This document shows positions 1-9,755 of a stretch of 54,776 nucleotides of DNA, one piece after another. The notes under the pieces were generated by a model. It saw nothing but the letters and a program-made list of their open reading frames with translations, searched no databases and had not been told where the DNA came from. Within the stretch, counting starts at the first letter, position 1. Every line of letters begins with the position of its first letter. Made by a program: the position numbers and the translations under genes. The stretch comes from Candidatus Eiseniibacteriota bacterium (GTDB lineage: Bacteria > Eisenbacteria > RBG-16-71-46 > SZUA-252), in contig DASTBC010000310.1 of assembly GCA_035712245.1 (NCBI GenBank), positions 1 to 54,776 of the forward strand, given 5' to 3'.

Positions 1-54
1 GTGTGAGCCCTGCACCGTGTGTCCGTAATCTCACATGCGATCGTAATGTAGCGA

Positions 55-88
55 GCGGCCCGGCCGAGGAGCACCCCGGCCGGGCCGC
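55..88 (-). terminator. GC-rich hairpin just downstream of the DUF4239-like gene (possible terminator, no U-tract)
   Basis: Perfect 12-bp inverted repeat GCGGCCCGGCCG (55-66) / CGGCCGGGCCGC (77-88) with a 10-nt loop, 6 nt past the minus-strand stop codon at 95-97. No T-run follows on the minus strand. Confidence 0.3.
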
Positions 89-94
89 GCGACC

Positions 95-904
95 CTAGTG
101 GCGGTCCCCGGGGTCGGCCGGCGTCATCAGATTGTGCCGGATGATCTCGAACGCTTCCGGAGTGACCTGGATCCCTCCTCGAAGAGGCTGGTCCAATGCG
201 GCAAGAAGAAAGATGATGAGCCCGGTCATGAGCGACAGGCTTCCCGCGAGGAGAAAGTGCGCCGCGGGCCGGCGCACGTGGAGGAGCAGCGTCAGCACGA
301 TTCCCAGGATCGCCCCTGCCGCGACCACCCACCACATCGCTGCCGGAAGTCGGTGCTCGGCGCTGTAGATTCGCTGCCGGCGTGCTTCGATGAACCTGTT
401 GTACTCGTGCAGGGTCTGCGCGTGCAGGATCTCCTGGCCCTTGGTCTGCGGCTCGAAGTCCATGAGCGCCGTCTGAAATCGGTTCAGACGCTCGACGCCG
501 CCCTGTGGGATCCTCCCGCGCCTCTGCTCCTGCCACGCGACCTCGATGACGTACGTGCAGTAGTCGCGCAGGCTGGACATCATCGAGCTTCGCAAGGGTT
601 CCGGATATCCCGTGGCGTCACGATAGAGGGTGCCCAGCGAGGAGGCCTCGTGCCCCACGGTGTCGAGGAGCCTGGCGCGATTCTCCAGCGCCGCGAGCGC
701 CAGGAGCGCGAGCAGGATCCCATAGAGGACTCCGTGGCTCGCAATCACGTGGCCCATGACGTGATTCCAGCCCTCCTCGGTATCGGTCCAGCGGTGGACG
801 AAGGGACGCATGAGGCTGAGTCCGAGCCAGGTCAGGCCCAGGAAGAGCGAACAGATCAGGAACGCGAGCAGCCAGAGCGGAAGCTGATAGATCCAGGCGA
901 ACAC
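95..904 (-). CDS. Membrane protein, DUF4239-like (family assignment from memory of the family pattern)
   Basis: 270-codon ORF with GTG start at 904 and GGAGGA 7 nt upstream. N-terminal TM helix plus two C-terminal TM helices. Central ...SLGTLYRD... and ...ARRQRIYSAEHRLPAAMWWVV... layout matches what I recall for DUF4239 proteins. Confidence 0.75.
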   Translation of the reverse strand: MFAWIYQLPLWLLAFLICSLFLGLTWLGLSLMRPFVHRWTDTEEGWNHVMGHVIASHGVLYGILLALLALAALENRARLLDTVGHEASSLGTLYRDATGYPEPLRSSMMSSLRDYCTYVIEVAWQEQRRGRIPQGGVERLNRFQTALMDFEPQTKGQEILHAQTLHEYNRFIEARRQRIYSAEHRLPAAMWWVVAAGAILGIVLTLLLHVRRPAAHFLLAGSLSLMTGLIIFLLAALDQPLRGGIQVTPEAFEIIRHNLMTPADPGDRH

Positions 905-1085
905 GGGGCGATCCTCCGGATCGAAGGGAATCGACGATGAAGCCTCGGAGAATAGAGGAGAGTGGGGGAGGGGACCAGCCCCGTAGCTCTTGTCCGGCTA
1001 CTTGGGAACGTGAGAGCCCGTTCGGGACCCCACGAATGCATCGAGCGGGGCCGGCGCCGGAACCGCCGACCCCGCTCGGTCGAGC

Positions 1086-1691
1086 TCAGGGAGCGGAGGG
1101 CGCTCCGAGCTTGTAGCGCAGCCCTGCCTGAAGTCCGAGGAATGACGCGTTGTCGTGGCCGATCTCCTCCTCGTCGGGCCAGACCAGGTGGTAGGTCACA
1201 TCGGCTCCCAGTCCAAAGGCGGGTCCCAACCAGAAGTTCGCGCCACCCTTGAAATTCACCCCGAGTGAGGTGTTCGAGAACTCCTGGGACCCGAAGAGCG
1301 GACTTTCGACTTCTTCCTTGAGGTCGTACGCCGCGAGCCCCACACCGAGGTACGGGCCCAGCGACCCTTGCGTCGCAGGCATCCAGCGAGCGTGGACGCC
1401 GTACTGCACGAACGAGAACTCGGCGGTGGCATCGAACGGTTCCAGATCCTCCTCCGAGTAGGAATCCGAGGGATCGTTGGAGAGGAAATTGAGATCCGCG
1501 CCGATCTCGAACGGAGCGCTGAGGTATCCCACGGACGCGCCGACCAGGAGACCCGAGTCCCAGTAGTCGCCGAAGTCGCCCTGGGGCATTCCGACACCGA
1601 CGTTCCCTTCGAGGAGCCAGGTCGCATGACCCGGGCAGGGCGATGCGAGGGCGACTGCGGAGAGGAGAAGGAGCAACCACTTCGATTTCAT
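1086..1691 (-). CDS. Small outer-membrane beta-barrel protein (porin-family/OmpA-barrel-like)
   Basis: Internal ATG at 1691 (MKSKWLLLLLSAVALASP...) preceded by AAGGAGG. Has a signal peptide and alternating aromatic/Gly beta-strand pattern. The upstream part of the 1727 ORF lacks signal features. Confidence 0.8.
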   Translation of the reverse strand: MKSKWLLLLLSAVALASPCPGHATWLLEGNVGVGMPQGDFGDYWDSGLLVGASVGYLSAPFEIGADLNFLSNDPSDSYSEEDLEPFDATAEFSFVQYGVHARWMPATQGSLGPYLGVGLAAYDLKEEVESPLFGSQEFSNTSLGVNFKGGANFWLGPAFGLGADVTYHLVWPDEEEIGHDNASFLGLQAGLRYKLGAPSAP

Positions 1692-1973
1692 CGCGTGCCT
1701 CCTTGGGTAGCGGGACCAAGGAAGCATGGTGCGACTGGGGACCCATCAAGGCTAAGCGACCGCGCTCCGTCTTGCCAGAGTCCGCTCTGCCCCACGGCAG
1801 GGCGGGCGGATCCTGCCTCCCGGGCCCGGCGGGGCCAGGCATACGGCCCCAACCGTCCCTGGTCCAACACGTTACCAGAGCCACCGCTCCAGCCTCGAAT
1901 CGAGCCGATCCGGCTTCCCCAGCAGGTGCTAAACTCGAACCCGAAGTGGCCGATTCATGATCTAAGTCCTTAT

Positions 1974-2320
1974 GGGGGCGAACGGATTCGACGGAGTGGT
2001 GAACTTAGGAGCGCGCGCCGAGGTGCCCGTAGGCCTCGTAAAACCACGGGCAAAACACAACAGCGAATAACGAATTCGCTCTGGCGGCTTAGCTGCCACG
2101 CTCGACTGGTCTGAGCCTGCCGAGGCTGGATCGGGCGTCATTCAGGCGGGCTGGTCCCGACGATTCGCCCGAGTCGAAGGGATGAGATCTTATCGGGATA
2201 GTGACCTCCAGACCTTGTCCGTTTGTGTCGGAGGAAACGAAGCAGAATAACGGACTACGCGCGTAGTGCTTCTTCCGGATCCACTTTCGGACGAGGGTTC
2301 AATTCCCTCCGCCTCCACCA
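1974..2320 (+). ncRNA. ssrA: tmRNA (transfer-messenger RNA), one-piece, 347 nt with encoded CCA
   Basis: 5' GGGGGCGAACGGATTCGACGG and 3' GGACGAGGGTTCAATTCCCTCCGCCTCCACCA. 7-bp acceptor stem 1974-1980/2310-2316 contains the G3:U wobble. T-arm is GAGGG-TTCAATT-CCCTC. Internal tag frame 2048/2051..2092 reads (G)QNTTANNEFALAA-TAG, with the canonical ALAA end. Confidence 0.95.
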
Positions 2321-2345
2321 TCTCTCCGCTACCCGAAACGAGAAC

Positions 2346-2374
2346 GGGGTCGGCGCCACGGCGGCGCCGACCCC
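2346..2374. terminator. Hairpin between convergent ssrA and the OmpA-family gene (candidate bidirectional terminator)
   Basis: Perfect 12-bp stem GGGGTCGGCGCC (2346-2357) / GGCGCCGACCCC (2363-2374) with a 5-nt loop. Only weak T-runs on either side. Confidence 0.5.
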
Positions 2375-2402
2375 GATGTGTTCCGGGAATGTTACCAGCG
2401 AC

Positions 2403-3920
2403 CTACTCGGACGGAGTTCCTTCCTTCAGGATCTCCCGGCTCTCCTTGAGTCTCCTCAGCTCCTCGGGATTCATGACCTTGAACTCCACGCGCCGGTTCT
2501 GCGCGTACGCCTCGGCCGTGGCGCCCTTGGCGACCGGCATGCTCTCGCCGTATCCCTTCGCGGTGAAGTTCGCGGCGTTCGCCCCCGTGCAGTTGGCGGC
2601 GAGGTAGTCGCGCACCGCGTTCGCGCGCTGCTCGGAGAGGTTCTGGTTGTAGGCGTTGCTGCCGCGGGCGTCCGTGTGTCCGCCGATCTCGACCTGGATC
2701 GTGGGCCACTGCTGGAACACCTGGCAGAGGGCCTGGAGCGTGGCCTCGGACTCCGGCTTGATCGTCGCCTTCGCCGTGTCGAAGAGGAGCTCGCGCTCGG
2801 TGATCACGCCCTTGTCGAGCATCTCCATGACGCGCCGCGTCACCTCGATCGGACACCCGTCCTTGTCCACCTTGGCGCCGGCCGGCGTCGCGGCGCACTT
2901 GTCGAGACCGTCGACCACGCCGTCGGCGTCCGAATCCGTCGTGCAACCGTTCGCGTCCACCGTGGCTCCCACGGGCGTCGACGCGCACTGGTCGAGTCCG
3001 TCGCAGACCTTGTCCTGATCCGAGTCGGTCTGGCATCCCTTCGCGTCCACGGTGCATCCCTTCGGCGTGTCGGCGCAGGTGTCGATGCCGTCGTAGACGC
3101 CGTCGCCGTCCGCGTCGGTCGGGCAGCCCTCGGCGTTCACCGTCGCCCCCGTCGGCGTGTTCGCGCACTTGTCGAGCCCGTCCGGGACCTTGTCGCCGTC
3201 CGCGTCGAGCGGGCAGCCCCTCAGGTCCACCAGCGCGCCCGTCGGGGTGTTCGGGCACTCATCGCTCTTGTCCGAGACTCCGTCCGTATCGGCGTCGGGC
3301 ACCTTGCCGCCGATCGAGAACTGGAGGCCGCCCGTGAAGGCGAGGCTGTGCTGCGACTCGTCGGAAGCTCCGAGATCCTGCTCCTCGTCGCTCCACGAGT
3401 AGATCATGTCGCGGGCCTCGAGCCGCAGCGCGACCTTGGGCGAGAAGTGGATCTTCAGACCGGCCGCCACGTTGAAGCCGTCCGCGGTCGATTCGTTGGC
3501 GGTCGAGTCCTCGGGGTCGAACTTGTGGGAGCTGTACCCCCCCTGGAGGTACGGATTGATCTTCGAGTCGGGGAGTATGTTGAAGACCAGATCGCCTGCC
3601 CAGTGGCTGAACGTCATGTCCTGCACAGGGCTCGGGGAGGTCGTCACGTAGGGCCGTCCGCCCCCGTCCTCCAGGGTCTCCGCGTTGCTCCGTCCGTACG
3701 AGCCTTCGATGCCGAACCGCTTGCCGAACATGAGTCCGAGCCGTCCGCCGAACAGAGCCTTGTTCTCGGCGTTCGTCTGATCTGCCCACGAGACGATTCC
3801 CGCGTAGGGCGTGATGTTCACGTGGAAGCCGTCCACTTCCGCCCGTGCCGCCGGGGGATGGAAAGCCCCCCACGCGAGTGCCATGGCCAGAGCCGTCACA
3901 CCAACCGAGAGCCTTCGCAT
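2403..3920 (-). CDS. OmpA-family outer-membrane protein: N-terminal beta-barrel, five thrombospondin-type-3-like Ca-binding repeats, C-terminal OmpA peptidoglycan-binding domain
   Basis: ATG at 3920 (aa 209 of the 713-aa track ORF) preceded by GGAGGG. Signal peptide MRRLSVGVTALAMALAWG...ARA. Repeats follow the pattern DxDxDGxxDxxDxCxxTPxGxxV(D/N)xxGC. C-terminus carries GHTDARGSNAYNQNLSEQRANAV...NRRVEF. Confidence 0.9.
   Translation of the reverse strand: MRRLSVGVTALAMALAWGAFHPPAARAEVDGFHVNITPYAGIVSWADQTNAENKALFGGRLGLMFGKRFGIEGSYGRSNAETLEDGGGRPYVTTSPSPVQDMTFSHWAGDLVFNILPDSKINPYLQGGYSSHKFDPEDSTANESTADGFNVAAGLKIHFSPKVALRLEARDMIYSWSDEEQDLGASDESQHSLAFTGGLQFSIGGKVPDADTDGVSDKSDECPNTPTGALVDLRGCPLDADGDKVPDGLDKCANTPTGATVNAEGCPTDADGDGVYDGIDTCADTPKGCTVDAKGCQTDSDQDKVCDGLDQCASTPVGATVDANGCTTDSDADGVVDGLDKCAATPAGAKVDKDGCPIEVTRRVMEMLDKGVITERELLFDTAKATIKPESEATLQALCQVFQQWPTIQVEIGGHTDARGSNAYNQNLSEQRANAVRDYLAANCTGANAANFTAKGYGESMPVAKGATAEAYAQNRRVEFKVMNPEELRRLKESREILKEGTPSE
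2853..3300 (-). repeat. Five tandem approx 23-aa (approx 69-nt) TSP3-like coding repeats inside the OmpA-family gene
   Basis: Repeated Asp-rich/Cys-containing units, e.g. DADGDKVPDGLDKCANTPTGATVNAEGC, DADGDGVYDGIDTCADTPKGCTVDAKGC, DSDADGVVDGLDKCAATPAGAKVDKDGC. Confidence 0.8.
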
Positions 3921-4060
3921 TCTCTTCCCTCCTAGGTCCCCGCACGCTCCTCGTGGCTGGAGCGCGCTTGGTCGAATGCTGCGGTCCTTCGAGATGAAGG
4001 ATCCCTCCCGACCCCACGAATCCACAATCATTCGGACAATCGCCCCATGCGCGTCAAGCG

Positions 4061-4546
4061 TCATCCTCCGTGCCCCGCGCGCCGGGCGAAGAAGAGGCTC
4101 ACGGAAAGCAGCAGAATGGCGACCGGCTGGACCAGAAGCCCCCAGTGGAGATGATCCAGATGCGCCAGGAGTGACGTCAGGGAGCCCACGACGAGCACGA
4201 CCAAGATCGCCTCCCACAGGAGCGCCTTCAGCTCCGAGATGCTCTCCACGCGCATCCAGGTCGGCACGCGCGGATCGATCTCGTGCCCCCCCGGCTTGAG
4301 GAACAGGCTCGCGGTTCCGCACGCCAGCACGATCAGCGCCAGTGCGAAGAGGAGTGCGTCCACCGACTCGGCGATGCGGATTCCAGGCCGGTCCGCTCCG
4401 GACCACTCCCGTCCCGAGGTCATGATCTCGTACGCCTCGTACGCGCGGAACATGCCGAGGGCGAGGAGGCCGAGCGTGTGGACCATGAGGACGACGACCA
4501 CGACGGCCGCGAGATATCGGAACTTCAGGATGAAGCCGATCCACAT
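4061..4546 (-). CDS. Small inner-membrane protein, YqhA/UPF0114-like
   Basis: 162-codon ORF with ATG at 4546 and GGAGGA upstream. Has 3-4 TM helices. The ...PTWMRVESISELKALLWEAILVVLVV... segment resembles the UPF0114 pattern as I recall it. It overlaps the spurious 5' extension of the 2403..4544 track ORF. Confidence 0.6.
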   Translation of the reverse strand: MWIGFILKFRYLAAVVVVVLMVHTLGLLALGMFRAYEAYEIMTSGREWSGADRPGIRIAESVDALLFALALIVLACGTASLFLKPGGHEIDPRVPTWMRVESISELKALLWEAILVVLVVGSLTSLLAHLDHLHWGLLVQPVAILLLSVSLFFARRAGHGG

Positions 4547-4572
4547 AGGTCCTCCGGGGGCCTTTGCTTCGA

Positions 4573-5955
4573 CTAGATCGTGAAGCCGACGATCAGCCTG
4601 AAGTTCCGATACCGGGTCTCGGCTTCCTCGAAATCCGTGTCCACCGCCGTGCCGAAGAGGGGCGAGTCGTTGAGCCTGCCGATCCGGTCCGCGTCACCCG
4701 TCCCGAAGCCGTATCCCAGGCCCAGGGTGAACTCGGACTTGCCCACGGGGAAGTTGAGCCCGCCGGTGACGAGGTAGGAGTCCCAGTCCCCGAACGCGAT
4801 GTCCGACTCACCGTCGGGGGTCGCGGTGAAGTCGCTCGAGACGCTCACGAACGCCGAGGTCCGCGCTCCGATCTGGCGCTCGACGCCCGCGCCGAAATTG
4901 ACCAGGCTCTGGCGTTCATCGAAGAATTCGAACGGGACGGTCAGACTGGTGCCGAGGTCCCGCGCCGGCGACATCTCGAAGATGGAATAACGCTTTTCCT
5001 CGCCGAACGCTTCCGCGCTCAGGTGGATCGTGGTCCGATCGAGGTCCACCGCGAGCCCGGCGCCGATCGAAGGAGGTGAGTGGAAGTCCGACGGAACGTC
5101 CTCCTGGAACGACGCGATGAGCTGGTTGTCGATCCCCGGATCGGCGTCGACGTCGAATCCTTCCCGGAACCGGTTCCAGCCGACGTCGGCGCTCCCCATG
5201 ATGTGGATCCCGGGGCTCGTGACCACGAGCCCCGCCCGCGCGTTCGGGAACTCGAACGAGATGCCGATCTTGGTGACCGCGCGCCAGTCGTTGTAGGAGA
5301 AGCCGCGAACGTCGATCGCGGAGCCGCCGATGCTGTCGTTGGCGAGGGCCTGCGCGAGGATCTGGCGCCGCGCGCGCTGGCTACGCACCGCGACGTACTG
5401 GCTGAGGCCCACCGAGACGCGGCGGCTCAGCATGCGCGACCACGTCACGCCCGCCCAGGTCTCGTCGAGATCCTCTTCGAACCTCGCCTCGTCCACGACC
5501 GCCTCCGGTCCCGGATTCTGCGGCAGGAGGTCGAGCGAGCGGATGTTCCGCAGGCCCATGTTGAAGGTCGCGAGCTGGCGTGGAAAGAGCGAGTAGGCGA
5601 GCGGACTGCTTCCCGCGAGCCGCACGTTCACCGTGCCTCCGAAGAAGCTCGGCAGGACCGAGTTCCTCGGCTCGCTGATGTCCTCTCCCGTCTCCGTGGC
5701 GCGGTCCACCGTGACGTTCGAGAAGTCGAACGCCTTGACCGCGATCACCTTCATGGAGTCGCCGAGCGGCGCGAGCCCGCCGGGGTTGTAGTACGTCGTG
5801 CTGAGGTCGACCCCGCCCGCGATGGCGACGCCGCTCAGCAGCAGTCCCTTGGTTCCGTACTTCTGCGTCCAATACTGCGAGTCCTGCGCCCACGACGGCG
5901 TGTTGCCGAGGAGCAGCATCCAAAGGGCGCAGGCCAACCATCGAAAGGAGCGCAT
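4573..5955 (-). CDS. Secreted, probable outer-membrane beta-barrel protein of unknown family
   Basis: Signal peptide MRSFRWLACALWMLLLGNTPSWAQD. Alternating beta-strand pattern throughout, with C-terminal strand ...YRNFRLIVGFTI. No clear SD. Confidence 0.75.
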   Translation of the reverse strand: MRSFRWLACALWMLLLGNTPSWAQDSQYWTQKYGTKGLLLSGVAIAGGVDLSTTYYNPGGLAPLGDSMKVIAVKAFDFSNVTVDRATETGEDISEPRNSVLPSFFGGTVNVRLAGSSPLAYSLFPRQLATFNMGLRNIRSLDLLPQNPGPEAVVDEARFEEDLDETWAGVTWSRMLSRRVSVGLSQYVAVRSQRARRQILAQALANDSIGGSAIDVRGFSYNDWRAVTKIGISFEFPNARAGLVVTSPGIHIMGSADVGWNRFREGFDVDADPGIDNQLIASFQEDVPSDFHSPPSIGAGLAVDLDRTTIHLSAEAFGEEKRYSIFEMSPARDLGTSLTVPFEFFDERQSLVNFGAGVERQIGARTSAFVSVSSDFTATPDGESDIAFGDWDSYLVTGGLNFPVGKSEFTLGLGYGFGTGDADRIGRLNDSPLFGTAVDTDFEEAETRYRNFRLIVGFTI

Positions 5956-6119
5956 GATGGCGGAGCCTACGTCGGGGTCCGTGCCGCGTCAACGCTCCTG
6001 CTCGAGAAGCAGGGCGCGGGATTTCGTGGCATGGAAGCGCTATTGACGATCCCGATGAATCGGTGTCTGCTGCAGCCACAGGACAGTTGCAGGTGTCGTC
6101 GAATCCCAGGGAGGACACG

Positions 6120-7127
6120 ATGGAACGTCCCCGGCATCGATTCCTTCGGATGGCCACGCTCGGGATCCTCACCGCTTGCGTTCTCCTCGGTCCGGTTCGG
6201 GCTCGGGCACAGGAGCCGTCGCCCGACGAGGCCCCACGATATTTCGGAGGCCATCAATACATTCCTTCCACCATCGTTCCGGATCCGTTCATCTCGACCA
6301 CCTTCACGACCACGACCGGGTTTGGAAGGGCCATGGGGCTCGAGGTGCCGATCTACAACCTGGACAACGAGCAGATCGGGGAGCTGGAGGGCAACATCGG
6401 ATTCATGCTGCTGGAATTCAATTACCAGCAACGGCTCGGGAGCCGCTTCGCCCTTCGCGGGGGAGCCGTGGCGACGGCGCGAGTGGGCACGACCGCCGAG
6501 GCGATCTTGTCCGAGGGAATCTCGGCCCTGTACGGATACGGGATCGGCGGATCGGCCAACCTGGCGCGCAAGGAGAAGTGGCAGCTCACCGCGACCGTCG
6601 ACTTGCGCGGGAACACCCTCTATGCGATGTCCCCCCTCGCGTTCGTCCAGGCGGTCGTCGAGGAGATCGAGAGCGGCGATTCGACGGGCGCGGTGCAGTC
6701 GGCGCAAGACACGCTCTTGAGCTCGGGGGACAACCTGAGAGTGCTGGGCGGGCTCCGGGGCGCGTACACGCCGTCCGAGTGGATCGGGTTCACGGCATTC
6801 GTCGAGGGCGGCCTGGGGGAGCGTTTCAGCCGCAGCGAGGACAACACGACCGTCATCAACTTCGGTGCCGCGGTGAGCTTCGACCTCAGGCCGCTCACCG
6901 GCAAGGCGGTGGGACTTCTGGGCACCTTCCGCCGCGAAAGCCTCGGAGAGCGGGGGGACGACGACCTCGGAGACTCCGAGGCGTTCGGGCTCGGGATCTT
7001 CTACACCGGCAGGCGGTTCTTCTCGATCGGGCTCGAGAACTCCTGGAGTCAGGTCCGCCAGCTGCGGGCCGACTCGAAGATCGACGTCGGACAGGCGCGG
7101 ATCGTCATGCGCTACGACTTCCGGTAG
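6120..7127 (+). CDS. Secreted, probable outer-membrane beta-barrel protein of unknown family
   Basis: ATG at 6120 (aa 20 of the track ORF) preceded by GGGAGG. Signal peptide ...MATLGILTACVLLGPVRARAQE. C-terminal ...ARIVMRYDFR strand. Confidence 0.75.
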   Translation: MERPRHRFLRMATLGILTACVLLGPVRARAQEPSPDEAPRYFGGHQYIPSTIVPDPFISTTFTTTTGFGRAMGLEVPIYNLDNEQIGELEGNIGFMLLEFNYQQRLGSRFALRGGAVATARVGTTAEAILSEGISALYGYGIGGSANLARKEKWQLTATVDLRGNTLYAMSPLAFVQAVVEEIESGDSTGAVQSAQDTLLSSGDNLRVLGGLRGAYTPSEWIGFTAFVEGGLGERFSRSEDNTTVINFGAAVSFDLRPLTGKAVGLLGTFRRESLGERGDDDLGDSEAFGLGIFYTGRRFFSIGLENSWSQVRQLRADSKIDVGQARIVMRYDFR

Positions 7128-7139
7128 CGGCCCCCGCGC

Positions 7140-8318
7140 TCAGCCCAGGAGCTGGAGCAGGACTCCCAGGATCTTCTCGATCGGCACGACGACGGCCACG
7201 ACGGGCAGCAAGGGCAGAGCCGCCGACAGCAGAAGCGTCACCGCGTTCCCCGCGGTGGCGGGGATGAATTTCATGTTCCGGATCGCGGCATAGCTGTTCC
7301 CGAGGTCGGCGAGGGACTGAATGTCCGCGCTGCCGAGGACCTCCTCGCCGGACGACTCTCCGTGTACCCACTTCCGATCGAACCGGTGCGTGTAGTCGGA
7401 CGCGAGCGTGCCGTACTCCGCGAGGCCGCGGCGCTTCGCGGTGAGGAGCTTGGGAAGGAACACGAGCAGGGGGCCGAGCGACAGCACGAGGGCGAGGACG
7501 AGGAACGCGATGAGCGCGTTCCGCAGCGGCTCGAGCGTTCCGCTGCCGTACTGCACCCAGAACACGCCTCGAGCGCCCGTCGTCAGCGCGAGCGGCACGA
7601 GGAGCGCGCTGAAGGAGCTGTGCGCCAGCCCCAGGAAGCCGAGTCCCGCCGCGCCATCCGGGTGCGTCGGGATCAGCATGAGATCCATGCGGGACACGCG
7701 GAAGAGGAACCGGGACCAGAGGAAGATCCGCCAGAACCAGCGAAGGACGAGGAAGCGGAAGAGGGGAAGGCTGACCAGGCCGAGCCATTGCCCCGCCATC
7801 GTCGTGCTCGACTCGTCACCTGGAACCGGCACACGCCAGGAGGGAACCGTGAGCTCGAGCGTCGCACGAGCGCCGGCCCAGGACGACCCGAACGCGATCG
7901 CGAGCAGGATCAGCTCGGGGAGCACGGAGCGCAGCGTACGCGTGAGGTGCTGGAGGGCGGACTCGAACTCGCCGCGCACGTTCCCAGGAACGACGCCTGA
8001 CGTGCGGAGGAGGCCCACCGCTTCCGAGAGTCTCGCGTCGATCGACTTCTCCGCGAGCACGAGCAGCGGGACGCAAATCGCGAAGCGCACGAGCGCGGAC
8101 CAGTCGGACAGCAGGGGGAGGACGACACGGTCTCCGTACAGCACATCCTGGAGCGCGGCCAGGACGGCGATCGGTACGATGGCGATGGCTCCGAAAACGG
8201 CGGCGGTCAGCGCGAATCGGTCCGAGCCGCCGAAGGGAAGCCGCGTCGCGATCCGGTGGACGAGTCCCCCGTGAACGAGCGTGAAGGAAGTCGCCGGCTC
8301 CCGCGCGGGTTCCGTCAT
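7140..8318 (-). CDS. Polytopic membrane protein of unknown function
   Basis: ATG at 8318 (aa 28 of the track ORF) preceded by GGGAGGA. Multiple long hydrophobic helices. No motif I recognise. Confidence 0.7.
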   Translation of the reverse strand: MTEPAREPATSFTLVHGGLVHRIATRLPFGGSDRFALTAAVFGAIAIVPIAVLAALQDVLYGDRVVLPLLSDWSALVRFAICVPLLVLAEKSIDARLSEAVGLLRTSGVVPGNVRGEFESALQHLTRTLRSVLPELILLAIAFGSSWAGARATLELTVPSWRVPVPGDESSTTMAGQWLGLVSLPLFRFLVLRWFWRIFLWSRFLFRVSRMDLMLIPTHPDGAAGLGFLGLAHSSFSALLVPLALTTGARGVFWVQYGSGTLEPLRNALIAFLVLALVLSLGPLLVFLPKLLTAKRRGLAEYGTLASDYTHRFDRKWVHGESSGEEVLGSADIQSLADLGNSYAAIRNMKFIPATAGNAVTLLLSAALPLLPVVAVVVPIEKILGVLLQLLG

Positions 8319-8407
8319 CCGATCCTCCCTTGGGGCGAAGTGGGTGCCGGAGGGTAGCGGGAACCCTCGCCGAAGGTCAACCGCTCCCGCGTGATACACT
8401 GCGCGCC

Positions 8408-9751
8408 ATGCGCTCCTATGGTGCGCGCGCGCTTGCGATTTCGCTCGCTGCGATCGCGTTCTCGATTCCCCTTCACGCCGCCGCCAGCGATGCGATCGGG
8501 TCCTCTCCCGGCGACAGCCTCGAAGCCCCGAGGGTGACGCGGGTCGACGTGACCGGCTTTCGCGTCACCAAGGAATACGTGATCCGAAGGGAGATCGAGA
8601 CCGCGCCCGGCGAGCCGCATGATCCCGCAGACGTCGCGGCCGACGTCCAGCGGCTCGAGAACCTCGGCATCTTCAGCTCGATCGACGTCGTCTCGTCGCC
8701 CGACAGCGCCGGGGTCGCGCTCGAGTATCAGGTTCGCGAGATGCCCTGGCTCATCCCCGCGATCGCGCTCTCCTATACCGAGCAGAACGGGTGGTCCGGC
8801 GGACCCTCGATCTCGACGCTGAATCTCGCGGGGCGGGACATCGCGTTGAGCGGAAAGGTTCTCTTCGGGGGCTCCACCACGTTCTCCGCGAATCTCTCCT
8901 ACCCATGGATCACGGGGAACCACGTCGGGGTGGACGCGTACGTGGCGCGCCTCGTCCGTGAGGACGAGCTGAACGAGTTCGAAGAGCGAAGCACGGAGAT
9001 GACCCCCCAGCTCGGGACCTACCTGGGACGGCGTGGAAGGCTGCGCGCGATCTACTCCTCGTTCCGGATCACCAGCGACGTGGACGGGAAGACCCTCTCG
9101 CCCGACAACGAGGACCACTTGCACCGCATCGGCGGCGCCATCGGCTACGACTCCCGAAACTCGTGGCGCGATCCCACGCAGGGCTGGTGGCTCGAGCTCC
9201 AGACCCTCCGAACGGGGGGAAGGTTCCTCCGGGGCGACGGAGACTTCTGGACGACGGACATCGACGTGCGGCGGTATCAGCCGGGGCCCTTGCGGCACTC
9301 CATCCACATCGCCTCGCTCCTCTCGCTCCAGAGCGGCGAGGCCGGGGTGGACGTTCCGCAGTACCTCCTCTACCGCCTGGGTGGCGCGAACACGATTCGA
9401 GGGCACGACATCGACGTGCTCGGCAAGGAGCTCTACGGAAAGAACCAGCTCCTCATCACGACGGAGTATCAGATCCCCGTGATCGACCTGAGGGAGTTTC
9501 GCTTCTTCAACAAGCTGTCGTTCAGCCTGGGGCTCAAGGTGGCCCTCTTCGCGGATCAGGGCGTCGCGTGGTCGGACGGGGACGATTTCGGGGCCGACCG
9601 TTCCCGCAGCGGAGTCGGCGCCGGGCTGCGTCTCCTGATTCCGGGCGCGGACGTGCTGCGGTTCGACTTCGCGTACGGCGAGGGCGGGGAGTGGAGATTC
9701 CACCTCGCCGGAAGGCCGAAGATGGTCTCCCAGCGAGGCCGGGTGCGGTGA
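8408..9751 (+). CDS. Omp85/BamA-family outer-membrane protein with a single POTRA-like N-terminal domain
   Basis: ATG at 8408. Signal peptide MRSYGARALAISLAAIAFSIPLHAAA. POTRA-like VTRVDVTGFRVTKEYVIRREIETAPGEPHD...DVQRLENLGIFSSIDV. C-terminal barrel carries ...YRLGGANTIRGH... and ...GVGAGLRLLIPGADVLRFDFAYG..., a typical bacterial surface-antigen signature. Confidence 0.85.
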   Translation: MRSYGARALAISLAAIAFSIPLHAAASDAIGSSPGDSLEAPRVTRVDVTGFRVTKEYVIRREIETAPGEPHDPADVAADVQRLENLGIFSSIDVVSSPDSAGVALEYQVREMPWLIPAIALSYTEQNGWSGGPSISTLNLAGRDIALSGKVLFGGSTTFSANLSYPWITGNHVGVDAYVARLVREDELNEFEERSTEMTPQLGTYLGRRGRLRAIYSSFRITSDVDGKTLSPDNEDHLHRIGGAIGYDSRNSWRDPTQGWWLELQTLRTGGRFLRGDGDFWTTDIDVRRYQPGPLRHSIHIASLLSLQSGEAGVDVPQYLLYRLGGANTIRGHDIDVLGKELYGKNQLLITTEYQIPVIDLREFRFFNKLSFSLGLKVALFADQGVAWSDGDDFGADRSRSGVGAGLRLLIPGADVLRFDFAYGEGGEWRFHLAGRPKMVSQRGRVR

Positions 9752-9755
9752 CGCG

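Noticed and set aside
2853-3300. Regular approx 69-nt repeats that could superficially look like a repeat array
   Set aside because: They are in-frame coding repeats (thrombospondin-type-3-like Ca-binding units) inside the OmpA-family gene. There is no spacer/repeat architecture, so this is not CRISPR.
2321-4546. Genomic island integrated at the tmRNA 3' end
   Set aside because: There is no integrase, no visible duplicate of the tmRNA 3' end and no compositional shift immediately downstream. The neighbouring genes are ordinary envelope genes.
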